In this document: positions 23,471 through 36,334 of the stretch, in pieces
Layout: the number at the start of each line of letters is the position of its first letter
Numbering within the stretch: the first letter of the stretch is position 1
Source of the DNA: Chiloscyllium plagiosum
Taxonomy: Eukaryota
Length of the DNA stretch: 64,000 nucleotides
NCBI RefSeq assembly: GCF_004010195.1
Contig: NC_057716.1
Location: 10,846,064 to 10,910,063, forward strand
Direction of reading: 5' to 3'
Notes under the pieces: generated by a model
Database searches by the model: none
Seen by the model: only the letters and a program-made list of their open reading frames with translations
What the model was told of the DNA's origin: nothing
Position numbers and translations under genes: made by a program

Positions 23471-24230
23471 CCTGCCAGCGTGCTTGAGAAACTGTGTCTC
23501 TCTACTGAACTAATTACCATTTGAGTAGTCCATAGAATAGAGAGCGAGCGAGCAAGGGGACCATCACCAGCACACAGGAATATTGAGAAGGACCAAAGTT
23601 TAAAATGTTACCTTGTGGGCTCGTCCATCTCGAGACATTGATGTTCCGGGTGGCAGCTGACACTGTCCGATTGTAACTATTCGTTTGGATCCTGCCGACT
23701 TTGCCAATATTGTTGTCCCGTTCCCCCCTCAGATGAAGCAAAATGTTCAGAGACACAGTGCAGTTTTACCTCCTTCATCTTTATTCCAGGCCCTGGAGGG
23801 AGAGAAAATGATCGTCCATTTGCATAAAGACATGGGATCGCGTACTTCTCTAGAACAGTAGTTTCTCAATAAACTATATAGTCATTTTACAGGGAGGAAC
23901 ATCCAGATAAGGCAACATACATATTAACTGGGTGAGCATCAACAGTAAAGATTAAGCCATCTGCTGTTACACAATGAATGTTCTTCACTCTGTTTCACAT
24001 AATGAATACTTTTCACCTTGTTAACTGATGTTGCATACTGAATGCTTCCGATAGTGTTAAATGGCTCTACATTGTGAATGCTTTTCCACCTTGTTAACCC
24101 ATAACCCATGTCTCCAGAACCCCATTGTTAACTGTATGTTCTTATCTGATCTGAATCATGCTCAGCTGAACCTCTTGTTTCACAAAACTCAACTCTTTCC
24201 CTGCCTGCTTATACCCTATACACATTCTCA

Positions 24231-25025
24231 CTTAGATCCCTTTTACATTTTCCCCTCTCACCCTAAACGTATGCCCTTTAGTTCTAGACTCCCCCATCCC
24301 AGGGAAAAGACTTTGTCTATTTATCCTGTCCATGCCCCTCATGATTTTATAAACCTCTATAAGCCACCCCTCAGCCTCTGACGGTCTAGAGAAGACAGCC
24401 CCAATGTATTCAGCCTCTCCCTATAGCTCAAACCCTCCAACCCTGGCAACATCCTTGTAAATCTTTTCTGAACCCTTTCAAGTTTCACAACACCCTTCCG
24501 ATAGAAAGGAGACCAGAATTGCACACGATAGTCCAAAAGTGGCAAAACCAATATCCTGTACAGCTGCGATATGACCTGCCAACTCCTGTACTCAATACTC
24601 TGACCAATAAAGGAAAGCATACTAAACGCCTTTTTCATTATCCTATCTGCCTGCAACTCTACTTTCAAGGAACTATGAACCTGCACTCCAAGGTCCCTTT
24701 GTTCAGCAACACTCCCCAGGACCTTATCATTAAGTGTCTAAGTCCTGTCCTGATTAGCTTTTCCAAAATGCAGCATCTCACATTTATCTCAATTAAACTC
24801 CATCTGCCCCTCGTCAGCCCATTGGCTCATCTGATCAAGAACCCATTGTCCTCTGCGGTAACTTTCTTCGCTGTCCTCTACATCTCCAATTTTGGTGTCA
24901 CCTGAAAACCTACTAACCATACACCTATGGTCACATCCAAATCATTTATATAAATGATGAAAAACAGTGGACCCAGCACCAATCCTTGTGGAACACCACT
25001 GGTCATAGGCCTCAAGTCTGAAAAG
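24231..25025 (-). mobile_element. CR1 LINE
   Basis: ORF 24357-24686: [18 protein letters not shown]. Confidence 0.9.
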
Positions 25026-25074
25026 TCTCTGGATTAATAGTCTAGCAATAGTTTAGCATTACCTCCCCGGATCA

Positions 25075-26300
25075 GCATACGCAATATTGGTCTCTTTACT
25101 TAGGAAATGATCGAATTTCTTTCGAAGCAGTTCAAAGATGGTTCATGTATCTGATTCCTGGGTCAATACTCTTATGAGGAAAGGTTGGATAGGCTGCACC
25201 TGTATTCATTGCTGTTTAAAAGAATAAAGATGATATTGTCCAACCATAACTCCTGAGGAGATTTGATGGGGTGAATGTTAAGTGTATGTTTCCCCTTGTA
25301 GGTGCGACTCCAATGAAGAAGCACAGTTTAAAAATAAAGGGGTTTCCACTGAAGACATAGTTGACGATTTGGTTTTCTCTCAGAGGTCAATAATCTGTGG
25401 AATTCTCTTCCTTAGGGAGCACAGGAGGCAAAACCATTGAATACTTTTAATGCTCAGTTCGCGAGATTCTTGACTGACAAAGGAGTCAAAGCGTAGACGG
25501 GAAGGTAGGCACCGTTCAGTTATGATCTTATCAAATAGCGAAGCAAGCTCAAGGGCCAAATCTTCCTCATCCTAATTGATCCGTTCAAAGTTTGTCATGT
25601 AATGTACCCAAAGTCACAGATGATATGTAGCTATAAGTGGAAATTTCTGCTGAGAAGGACAAAATAGACGGGCAAGCAACACAGGCAGGTTAATGGAATA
25701 TGAACAAGGTGGCAGATGCAGTTTAATGTGGAGAGCTGTGACATAATTCACTTTGGTGGTAAGAATAGAAAAGCAGAATAATGTTAAAAAATGTCAACCT
25801 TTTGAATTTTGATGTTCAAAGAGACTTGTGTGTTCTTGGAAAAGCAACACAGAAAGTTAACATGCACGTGCAGAAATGATTTGGAAGGCAAATGGCACAT
25901 TGACCTTTATTGCAAGAAGGTTGGAAATACAGGAATCAGGAAGTCTTGTTAGAACGAGATGGGCCATTTGTAAGAACATACCTGGAATATTGTATGCTGT
26001 TTTGGTCTCCATATCTAGGGAATGATATACTCCAATGGAAGTGGTACAGTGAAGGTTCATTGACTTGGTTGCTAGAATGATGGAGTTGCACTATGATGAC
26101 AAGCTGAGTAAAATAGGTCTCAATTCTCTGGACTTTAGAAGAATGGGAGATTATCATTGATTTATTGTAGAATTCCTACAGTGCGGAAACAGACCATCTG
26201 GCCCACCAAATCCACACCGACCCTCAGAAGAGCATCCCACTCAGATTGACTACCCCACCCCATCCCTGCAAACCTACACCCCTACCCCCAAAGGTAATCC
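25075..26300. mobile_element. older CR1 fragments plus SINE 3' fragment
   Basis: Degenerate CR1 ORF2 C-terminal and 3' UTR motifs; cagtgcggaaacag...ccacaccgaccctc SINE end at ~26170-26290. Confidence 0.65.
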
Positions 26301-27412
26301 ATCCATATGCATCCAAGACTTAAGCTAATGCAGAGCATAAATACAAACCAATTTGAGAAGGAGGGTTTGGCAGTCATATCTGGAGTCAGTCACCAATCCC
26401 TTTACACAATATTTGAAACAATAACAGAAAACAAAACCCTGCACCTCTACTTAAAGAGAATAAGGCTATACCAACCATAGCTTCAGGCCAATTTCAGCAA
26501 TGGGCTTTAATACTAAGTGCTTATAATTACAAGTTGGAGCAAGTTTCACGAGGCTACTTAACAAATTTGGATGCACTGAACCACCTCTCAATGACAGATA
26601 CAAAACACATGGTACCACCACTGGAAGAGTCCAGAATGGTTTTAAATTTTCTGGACACACTAACAGTCATAGCTGACAATGTCAGACTTTGGACACAGAA
26701 AGATCTGCTCCTGATTAAATTGAAAGAGCTGGCGGTGATGGGGAAACCAAAGGGCCATCACGCACAGAAGTGATACCTTTTTGGGCCCTGAGAAACCTGA
26801 TCACTGCAGAGGAGAGCATATTATTGTGGGGAGCAAGAGCGATTGTCCTGAGTACAGGTCGCCATGAGATACTGGCTGAATACCATCCTGGTCATCCAGG
26901 GGTTTCCAAAATAAAGATGTTGGCGAGAAGTTATGTCAGGTGCCAAGGTTTGGATACAGACATAGCCGCACTGGTGGGGCAGTGCCCAGAGTGCCACCAG
27001 GGCAAAGTTACAACCAGCAGCTCCCCCACGTTTGTGGGAATGGTATGGTAAACCCTGGACTCAGTTACACATCGAATGTGAAGGCCCTTTCGTGGGATCA
27101 ATGTTCTTAGTCATTGTGGAGGACCACTCAAAATAGCTGGGTGTGCATAAAGTTCATACATAAAACACGGTGACGACAATACAAATATTGCAAGTATCTT
27201 TTTCAATATGTGGACTACTGGAACTGAGATCACAGATAATGGGACATCATTTACCTGCAGGGAATTTGAGTTATCCTAAAGTCGAATTGGATTTGTCATA
27301 TAGGGATAACTCCATACCATCCATCATCCGATGGTCTGGCAGAAAGTGTAGTCCAAACTTTGAAGGTAGGATTAAAGAACCAGCCTACTTTTTAATTAGA
27401 TACAAAGCTGTT

Positions 27413-27588
27413 TCAGGTCCTATTTGGTAAAAACAATGACTGCAGATGCTGGAAACCAGATTCTGGATTAGTGGTGCTGATTCCTGATGAAGGGCTTTTG
27501 CCCGAAACGTCGATTTCGAAGCTCCTTGGATGCTGCCTGAACTGCTGTGCTCTTCCAGCACCACTAATCCAGAATCAGGTCCTATTTG
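27413..27588. mobile_element. fold-back mini-Penelope insertion with 14-bp TSD
   Basis: TSD tcaggtcctatttg (27413-27426 / 27575-27588); perfect 21-bp inverted arms 27459-27479 / 27556-27576. Confidence 0.85.
27481..27514 (+). ncRNA. minimal hammerhead ribozyme, intact core
   Basis: TC-CTGATGA-A-GGGC(tttt)GCCC-GAAAC-GTC-GA: perfect core, GUC triplet at 27509-27511, palindromic ACGT stem III. Confidence 0.75.
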
Positions 27589-28283
27589 ATTACCCCTCAA
27601 ATAAATATTAGGATAGCTCTAGCAGAGTAGCTCATGTGGAGAAGACACTGCACCAGGTTAAGTCTGATCTTCCTGAACCTGGGGGTGAGGATGAAACAGC
27701 ATCAGGAAACACCAATGCTGGATACTTCAGGGGAAGAAGGTTGGTGTAGGAGCCACAGGAATGGCCCTGCATAGGTAAGAGCATGGTCAACGCAAGATCA
27801 GGAACAGTGACGTAAAACGTTTGGGTCAGTATGAAGGTCCTGAACAAGCACCTGGACCACATGAAAGCTACAAACTTGGAAACAGTGCGGAACCAAAACA
27901 TGACCGGCTCCTCTCCAACCTTTCCGATTGTTCTGAAACCTGTGGGTTTTCCCTCTCCATCTGGTGTTGAAGACACCGCAGAATCTGAGATGGACACAGT
28001 GGATATTGCCACCTCAGCACCTTTGCTGTCTGAAGATGAGAATGAATTTCTTCTGAGATGCTCCAGGTGCAAGAAGTGAGCTACAGTGCATTACAGGGTG
28101 TATGTATCACAGGCAGGGTTGGAGGAAGCTGACCCAGTGCCAAAATGTCTCTGGAGAAACTACGAAGAAAGAACCAGCTGTATTCTCAGACTCGGAGGTA
28201 GTGATCTTAATAAGGTCAACCACGTGGCCATCATCGAATGTGAGTTCCCTGATTGGGGCTGTTAACCTGGTCCAATCAGGGAG

Positions 28284-28607
28284 TCCTGACTACCAGCGCT
28301 GGATGGGATTCAATGACAACATCAGGTCATGTCGCACTTACCCATACGTAAGTTATTCCCAGTGGTTTATATTTTCTGATCAAACTGGGATAATGATTCA
28401 TGCACTCAACTTTGGGGTTTATCTAAATCAGGTGTCAAGAAGATTTTTATTTTCACAAGGTTAATTTTAACTTATGTCAATGATGGTGACAGGTAGTGGA
28501 TTGTCACACCCAGTTGGATTTACCAAGCCACTAAGTTGTGTTTCTGTCTCTGCCAAAAGTTAGTAACTGCCCTTGTCACTTTCTGTAATTATACTTGTTA
28601 TATGGTA
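28284..28607 (+). pseudogene. inverted gamma-crystallin fragment (3' end of exon 2 plus ~260 nt of intron 2)
   Basis: 28284-28347 encodes [21 protein letters not shown] followed by GTAAG and intron sequence homologous to genes 2/4/5. Orientation is opposite to all other copies and it is fused to a Gypsy LTR half. Confidence 0.9.
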
Positions 28608-28610
28608 CAT

Positions 28611-29115
28611 ATGTGCTCAATTCTGGTCTCCCTCCTAACAGAAGGATGTTGTGAAACTTGTAAGGGTTCAGAAAAGCTTTACAAGGATGTTGCCAGGGTT
28701 GGAGGGTTTGAGCAATAGGGAGAGGCTGAATAGGCTGGGACCTATTTCCTTAGAGCGTCGGAGGCTGAGGGGGGACCTTATAGAGGTTTATAAAATTAAG
28801 AGAGGAATAGACAGGATAAACAGTCAAGGTCTTTTCCCCAGGAGAGTGGAGTCCAAAACTAGAGGAACTCGGGTTAAGGTGAGAGGGGGAAGATCATAAA
28901 AGTACCTAAGGCCAACCTTTTCACACATAGGGTGCCAGAGGAGGTTGTGGAGACTGATGAAACATTTAACAGGCATCTGGATGGGTATATGAATAGGAAG
29001 AGTTTATAGGGATATGGGCCAAATGCTGGCCAATGGCACTAAATAAATGCACAATATCTGATTGGCAAGGACGAGTTGGGCCAAAGGGTTCGTGCCATAC
29101 ATCTCTCTGACTCAA
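28611..29115 (+). mobile_element. CR1 3' end
   Basis: FTRMLPGLEGLSNRERLNRLG...RGDLIEVYK plus 3' UTR. Confidence 0.9.
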
Positions 29116-29124
29116 TTAGTCTAA

Positions 29125-31270
29125 TAGTGAAGTGAAGAAACAGCAATCATCATCTAAGGTGCTGGCACACAATGACACCATATGAGTTCTGGTAAGGACA
29201 TGCGATGCCTCCCTGCACAGCATCAGGGTAGCATTACATCATAGGTGGCCCAATGGAGAGGAATGCTAAATCACATATGCATCCAGGATTTTGGCTATTG
29301 CCGAGCAGATATATGCCCAGACAGAGGAGGAAGTTTTGGTGATCACATTTGGAGTCAGGAAGTTCTGCCAATATCTTCACAGATGTATTTTTGTAATAAT
29401 AACCAACAAGAAGCCCATGCCAGATCTACTTAAAGAGGACAAGGCAGTGCTGCCTATAGCTTCAGGCCAAATTCACTGGTAAGCTCTATTACTAACTGCG
29501 AGTAATTACAAGTTGGAACACCACTGGGAGGCGAAGGAGCTGCCTCCCACTGGCAGATACACCCCTGGTGCTATCGCCACTGGAAAAGTCTGTAATGGCT
29601 TTAAATTTTCTGTACACATTTCCAATCACAGCTGACAATATCAGACTTTAGACACTGAAAGATCCGCTGCTGACAAATCTGAAATAGATGGTGGTGATGG
29701 GAGAAACCAAAGGGCCGTCACAACTAGAATTGATATCTTTTTGGATCCTGGGAGACCAGATCACAGTAGAGAATGGTATGTTATTGTGAGGGGATAACAG
29801 TGATTGTCTCAAGCAATGGTCGCATTGAGATTCTGGCTGAATACCACCAGAGTCATCTAGAAGTTTCCAAACTGAAGTTGTTGGCAAGAAATTATATTTA
29901 GTGGCCAGGATTGGATACAGACATTGCTGCATTGGTAGGGTAGTGCTCAAAGTGCCACTAAGGACAAGAAATTACGGCTAACACTCTTCCACATTCATGG
30001 GAACGGCCAGGTAAACCATAGACTCGAATACAGATCAACTATGCAAGTCCTTTCACAGACTCAATGTTCTTAATCATTGTGGATGGCCACTCAGAATGGC
30101 TGAACATGCATAGAATTCATAACTGCATACATCTTTTGCAATAAACAAACTCATTGAAGTGTGGTCACAGATAATGAGCCATCATTTACCAGCAAAGAAT
30201 TTAAAGTATTTTATAGAGTCAAATGATATTTGTCATATAAGGACAGCTCCGCACCATCCATCATGCAATGGTATGGCAGAAAGAGCAGTCCAAACTTTGA
30301 GGGCTGCCTTGAAGAAGCAGCCTACAGCTTCACTCAATACCAAATTGTCCCAGTTCCTATTTGATTATTGGAGCACCCACTTGCAGCTACAGGGATAGCT
30401 CCAACAGAGTTGCTAATGGGGAAAAGGCACTGCATCAGGTTAAATCTGATCTCCCTGGATGTGGGAGAGACAGTGAAACTGTACCAGGAGCACCAACGCT
30501 GGCACAAGACTCCTCTTAGCAAGAGAGACAGTTTAGTTCAGGGTGACAAAGTTTGGTGTAGGAACCACAGGAATTGCCTTGTATGGGTGAGAGACAAGGT
30601 TGACGCGACATCAGGTCCATTGATGTATAATGTTCGGGTCAGTGCAATGGCCGTAAACAAACATGTGGACCACATGAAAGCTGTAAACTCACAAATGGTG
30701 CGGGAGCGCAACATGCAGGCTCCTCAAAGATCTTTCCGATTCTTCTGGAACCCATGGTATAACAAGTGTAGAAGATATTTCAGAATCTAAAATGGACATG
30801 ATGGATATCATGGCCTTGATACCTTTGTCACCTGAAGACGTGAATGAATTTCTTCTGGGATGCTGCAGGATGTTTCAGGGACAAGAGACATGGCACTGTG
30901 CATTACAGGCCGCAAGTATCCAAGGCAGAGCTGGGGGAACCTGACCCAGGGCCAAAATATCCCAGGAGGTGCAACAAAAAAAGAGAATCAGCCTTCGTCC
31001 TTGGAGTGAGAGGGGAGGGATACAGTGACTGTAATGGGACTGGCCAGGTAAACCCTAGGTCGACTATGCAACTCCTTTTCCTGGACTCAATCTTGGTCAG
31101 CCAGGTGGCTGTCATCGAATATGAGTTCCCTGATTGAGGCTGCTAATCTAATCCAATCAGGGAGCCCTGGCTGACAGATATAAACAGGAGTTGTATCAGT
31201 ATTAAAGGTTCTCCATGTATAAATAAAGGGAGATTTGGCAACAGGAACCACACTCTGTGAAGTTATTACA
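29125..31270 (+). mobile_element. Gypsy fossil copy D with 3' LTR (31021-31270)
   Basis: YAQTEEEVLVITFGVRKF (RNase H), HIRTAPHHPSCNGMAERAVQTL (integrase core), PPT, LTR ending ATTACA. Confidence 0.9.
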
Positions 31271-31696
31271 TTTAGAGCAGAAACATTGGAAGCTGTTAGA
31301 TCCCATAAGCTGCAAAATGCCTCAAACCTCAAGAAAGTTGAAAATAATCATTACTGAGGCAGATGCAGCTTTGGCATTGTACCTTTGCTGTCTCACTGAC
31401 TGCATACATTTCAAAAACGATCAACAGCGGGTGCAATGGTGGCCCGTGCAATACGTTTCCATCCTGACCTTTGCATTTTCTCCTTTACTATTTACTGACT
31501 TTAATGATGATGATGTCACCAAGATCACTGTGATAAAGTGTTCTCCATGAAACCACCAGATACCAGCATGCTTTTGAACTATTTTAATGAAGACCCAATA
31601 ATGAGTGAATTAAACAAGAGTACAGTATCATGAAGGGGTGTTTTATTATTTTGACAATTAATTCAACAAAATATGGTAATGCATTACAGTTGCAGA

Positions 31697-33023
31697 CTAA
31701 AAGTCCCTCATTCGCCTGAAAGATCCAATAGTTGAACAGGTTGCTCCCCAGTCACTGAATCTTCTGTATTCACCGGGTCTCATGAAGTACTGGCGCCCTC
31801 TGTAGTTGGGATGTTCATAGAAGATCCAGTAACCGTCCATCACATGGCTGGAGTGGATGTCACGGTAACGGAAACGATCGTAGACAGATGGACAGTCATC
31901 CATGAATTCCATCATCTGCCCTCCAAAGTCAGGCCTCTCATAAATTTTCATTCTGTAGGAGCCTCCTCGGTACTGCAATAGAAAGACATGAAAGATTTGT
32001 GATGCAGCTACAAAAATATCTACAATCAATAAATGAGGGACTGATGATATTTCATGCATACAGACAGAAGTATACTGATTTCAGTAAAAATCTTAATATG
32101 TTTCTGGTTTCTGTTGTGAAGAGACTATTTGTTCAAGTGGGGCCAGCATTCCCTTTTCTGTCATCTTTTCTGTCATTTACAGTAAGATGAATGGGATGAA
32201 TGAAAACATGTCCATTTCCAGGTTTATTGTGTTATATTTAAACCAATTTGGCCTTGGTACTTTCTGCAATGCAATATCGCTATGCCAATTAGACTTTCAG
32301 TTCTGAATATCTGATGTGTTATGAGTAAATGTTTCAATTAGATCCCAGCACCAAGCTGTAGTTATATGATGCATAACTAACTTCCCAGTTTGCACAACTA
32401 TTGACTGAAGAATTACCAATACAACAAGTGCAGTTACAATTTGACAAGGGCAGTTGCTCATATTTGGCAACAGCAGAAACATAATTTAGTGGATTGCTAA
32501 ATCAAACGGGTCTGTAACTGTTCATTACCTGTTACAGTTGAAGAAAGATAAAATCAACCCTGTGAAAATGAAGATCGCATTTACACCTTACTTAGACAAA
32601 TGTGGAGTGCATTAATCATTATCTCAGTGTCAGTTTGATCAGAAAATACACACCACCAGAAATAACTTACGTATGGGTAAGTGCGACATGACCAGATATT
32701 GTCATTGAATCCCATCCAGCGTTGGTAGTCAGGATACTCTCCCCTGGCCAGAACATACTGGTATCCCATGTAATTGGGTTTCTCATACAGCACCCACCAG
32801 TCACTGTCAACACGGATGGAGTTACAGCGGCTGAAGTAAGGGGACAGGTCGGCACAGTCACTGCTGCACTCATAGTGCCGCCCCTGGAAGTTCCTGTCTT
32901 CGTAGAAGATGATCTGTGGGGAAAGAAACAGGTTTGTAAATTCACAATTTCTCACATTTAGCCATTCCTAATGGAAACTTTTAATACAATATATGAACTC
33001 TTAATAATTCTTGCCTTGCCCAT
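31697..33023 (-). CDS. gamma-crystallin gene 4, complete 3-exon gene, 175 aa
   Basis: Exon 1 33023-33015 (ATG GGC AAG, GC donor), exon 2 32913-32671, exon 3 31972-31697; introns 101 and 698 nt. TATAAATA 33086-33079; AATAAA 31647-31642. C-terminus [22 protein letters not shown]. Confidence 0.93.
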
Positions 33024-33078
33024 TTTAAGTTCTGAATTGGCTTCGTAACCAAATGTGTTACTGTTTGACAGAGCTTGG

Positions 33079-33125
33079 TATTTATACGCTGGGCTGAAAT
33101 GCCACACTGAGCATTTTCTTTTGTT
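33079..33125 (-). promoter_or_regulatory. proximal promoter of gene 4: Sox-like site, MARE-like site, TATA
   Basis: Sense strand AACAAAAG (33125-33118), TGCTCAGTGTGGCA (TGC-n8-GCA, 33113-33100), TATAAATA (33086-33079). Homologous blocks lie at 9480-9526, 43305-43350 and 55535-55582. Confidence 0.6.
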
Positions 33126-36100
33126 ATTCAAATAATTGTAATGATTTGAAACCACCACAAAAAAACTGCATCACACATGACTTATACAGTAAATGCAAAG
33201 AAAACATTGAAAAGACACTTCAGTATTGTTGATAGTGTTTTGCTTCCATTTCATTTTAATTGTTGTGTGAAAGAAGATAACAATACATTGGAGCCTATTG
33301 TGTTCCCTATGCTATGCTTTCACTGCAATTTGCAGTGTTATTCAATAGGATGTGGTTCCCATAGTTCCCATAGTTCAATGTTGTTGTCCAAAAAATACAG
33401 CTCCTAAACTGGTTAACACCTAGGTATGCATGTAAAGAGGAAGTTGTTTAAATTATGACTCCAAAGGTAAGTTTGTATTGATGTATTACTGTTCTGTGTA
33501 TTAATTCCAAATTATTCATCCAAGTTCAGAGATCTTTCACTGATCACATTTATTTGAGAACAATGCTACTTATAGCTCTGATGATGTATTAAGTTGTGTT
33601 ATTGTACACTTTTGGTTCCATGAAGTAAAATGCACATCCTTTTTCTCCCTACTATTTTTCCCGTCTAAATGACACATTAATTAATATGAGATGCCCAATG
33701 TTTTTCGTCATTTATATAAATGGTTTGGATGTGAACATATGAGATATGGTTTGTAAGTTTGCAGATGACACTGAAATTGGTGGTATAGCGAAGAAGGTTC
33801 CCTCAGAGTACAATGATGATCTGATGGACAAATGGGCTGAGGAGTGGCAGATGAAGTTTAATTTAGATAAATGCGAGGTGGAGCATTTTGGAAAAGCAAA
33901 TCACTTAATGGTAAGGTCCTGGGGTGTGTTGCTGATCAAAGAGACCTTGGAGTGCAGGTTCATAGTTTTTTAAAAATAGAGTTACGGGTAGACAGGGTAG
34001 TGAAGAAGGCAATTGTACGCGGGCCTTTACTCTCCAGTGCATTGCGTATAGGCTTTGGAAGGTCATGTTACAGCTATACAGTACAGGCGTTGTACAGAAC
34101 ATTGGTCAGGCCACTATTGGAATACTGCATTCAGTTCTGTGTGTCCCTGCTACAAGAATGATCTTGTGAAACTTGAAAGAGTTCAGAAAAGATTTACATG
34201 GTGTTGCCAGGGTTAGAGGCATTGAGCTTCAGCAAGAGGCTGAATAAGCTGGGGCTGTTTTCAGCAACTAGAAGAAAGGGAGGACTGCAGACCCACTGAT
34301 TCCCACAACCTCCTCCCATCCACCTCCCACAAAAATGCAATCCCTTACTTTCAACTCCTCTGCCTTCGTCGTATCTGCTCCCAGGAGGCGCAATTCCGCT
34401 CCAGGACATCCCAGGTGCCCTCCTATTTCAAGGACCACAATTTCCCCTCCCACTTTATAAACAATGCTCTCCAGTACATCTCCTCCACGTCCCGTACCTC
34501 CACCTTTGAACCCCACCTCTCCAACTGCAACAAGGATCGAACCCCGAGTCCTCATCTTCAACCCCACTAATCTCTAGATAAAGTGCATCATCCTCCATAA
34601 TTTCTGCCACCTACAGTCAGACCCCACCACTAGAGATGTGTTTCCCTCCATTACCAAATCTGTGTTCCGCAGAGACCATTCCCTTGTTAGGTCCACACCC
34701 CCGACCAACCCACCCTCCACTCCTGGAACCTTCCCCCGCCACCTCAAAAGGTGTAAAACCTGCATCCACATTTCACCCTCAGCTCTGTCCAAGGTCCCAA
34801 ATGATCTTTTTATATCCAGCAGAGATTCACCTGCTCATCCACCCACCTTATCTACTGCGTCTGTTGCTTTCGAAGTGGTCTCCCCTGCTTTGGGGAGACA
34901 AGACACTAATTCATGGAACAATTCAGGGAACATTTCTGGGATACAGGCACCAAATAACCCCACCGCCCTGTGGCCGACCACTTCAACTTCCCCTCCCACT
35001 CAGCCAAGGGCCTGCAAGTCCTGGGCGCCCTCCACCATCAAATGTAAGCCACCTGGTGAATGAGAGAAGAACGCCTCATCTTCCACTGAGGGACAGTATT
35101 ACAGCTGTACTGAGGGAGGGTATTCCCGGAAATACATCCAGGGACGTTATTTAGGTTGAACTGAGAAATAAGAAAGGGATGATCACCTTACTGGAATTGT
35201 ATTATAGACCCCGTAATTGCCAGAAAGAAATTTAGAAACAAATTTGTAAGGATGTCTCAGTTATCTGTAAGAAAAATAGAGTGGTTATAGGAGGGGATTT
35301 TAACTTTCCAAACATAGACTGGGGCTGCTATAGTGTTAAGGGTTTATGGAGTCTTGGAGTCATAGAGATGCACAGCATGGAAACAGACCCTTCAGTCCAA
35401 CTCGTCCATGCCGACCAGATATCCCAACCCAATCTAGTCCCACCTGCCAGCACCTGGCCCATATCCCTCCAAAGCCTTCCTATTCATATACCCATCCAGA
35501 TACCTTTCAAATGTTGCAATTTGGACAGGAACTTGTGAAGTGGATACAGGAAAATATTTTGATTCAATATGTGGATGTACCTACCAGAGAAGATGCAAAA
35601 CCTGACCTACTCTTGGGAAATAAGACTGGGCAGATAACTGAGGTGTCAGTGGGAGAGAGTTTTGGGGCCAGCGACCATAATTCTCTCAGTTTTAAAATAG
35701 TGATGGAAAAGGATAGACCAGATCTAAAAGTTGAAGTTTTAAGTTGGAGAACCTTCTGAATCAGTTAATTCTAGTTCAGCTCCATTTGGGATGCAGCCGT
35801 CACTGTTAGCCCCCCTCAGGAAGCGGCCATTCTAATTCCGTTAGACACAATAAATCAAAAACGACAGAAGATGGAATACAAAATAGACAGGCAAGAGGCT
35901 GGAAGAACACACTAAACCAGGCCGCATCAGGTGGTGGAGACGTCGACGTTTCGGGTGTAACCCTTCTTCGGGATCAGGTGTTGAGTGTAAGGGAAGCTGC
36001 AGATATAGGGGGTAGTGGGGGCAGCGTGGTGAAGTAATCATTCTCATTTTGCGACTCTGAACATTCTGCTTGGTGCAGTTTTGGAGTGGAACTTGCACAC

Positions 36101-36195
36101 TTGAAGGGGACACCTTGCATTTTACATTCGGGTACACCTACAAACTTGTCTCTAGCATTTCCAGTAAAGCGGGGACAGTTTTCACTCAGAAACAG

Positions 36196-36334
36196 GAGAC
36201 AGAGAGAAAGAGATCGAGAGAGAGAGAGAAAAAGAGAGCGAGCACCAGAGACAGGGGGAGAGGGACAGAGAGAGAGAGACAGAGAGAGGCAGAGAGAGAC
36301 AGAGACAGAGTGAGAGATAGAGAGAAAGAGAGAG
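36196..36334 (+). repeat. (GA)n-rich microsatellite
   Basis: gagagagagacagagagagg runs. Confidence 0.9.

Larger units (their letters stand above)
19534..24230 (-). mobile_element. ERV-like/LTR element, decayed: 5' LTR 24230-23485, truncated 3' LTR 20080-~19534
   Basis: Two direct ~550-bp homologous blocks. 5' LTR has TGAGAA...TTCTCA inverted ends and AATAAA. PPT AAAAGGAAGGAA lies immediately before the 3' LTR. Inserted in a CR1. No recognisable gag/pol ORF. Confidence 0.8.
26305..28283 (+). mobile_element. Gypsy fossil copy B/C, 3' piece (RNase H, integrase, half LTR)
   Basis: ILAEYHPGHPGVSKIKMLARSYVRCQGLDTDIAALVGQCPECHQ (HHCC); LTR from ~28198, cut at 28283. Confidence 0.9.

Noticed and set aside
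35945-35971. Active hammerhead
   Set aside because: Core reads CCGAAGA rather than CUGANGA; counted only as a mutated copy.
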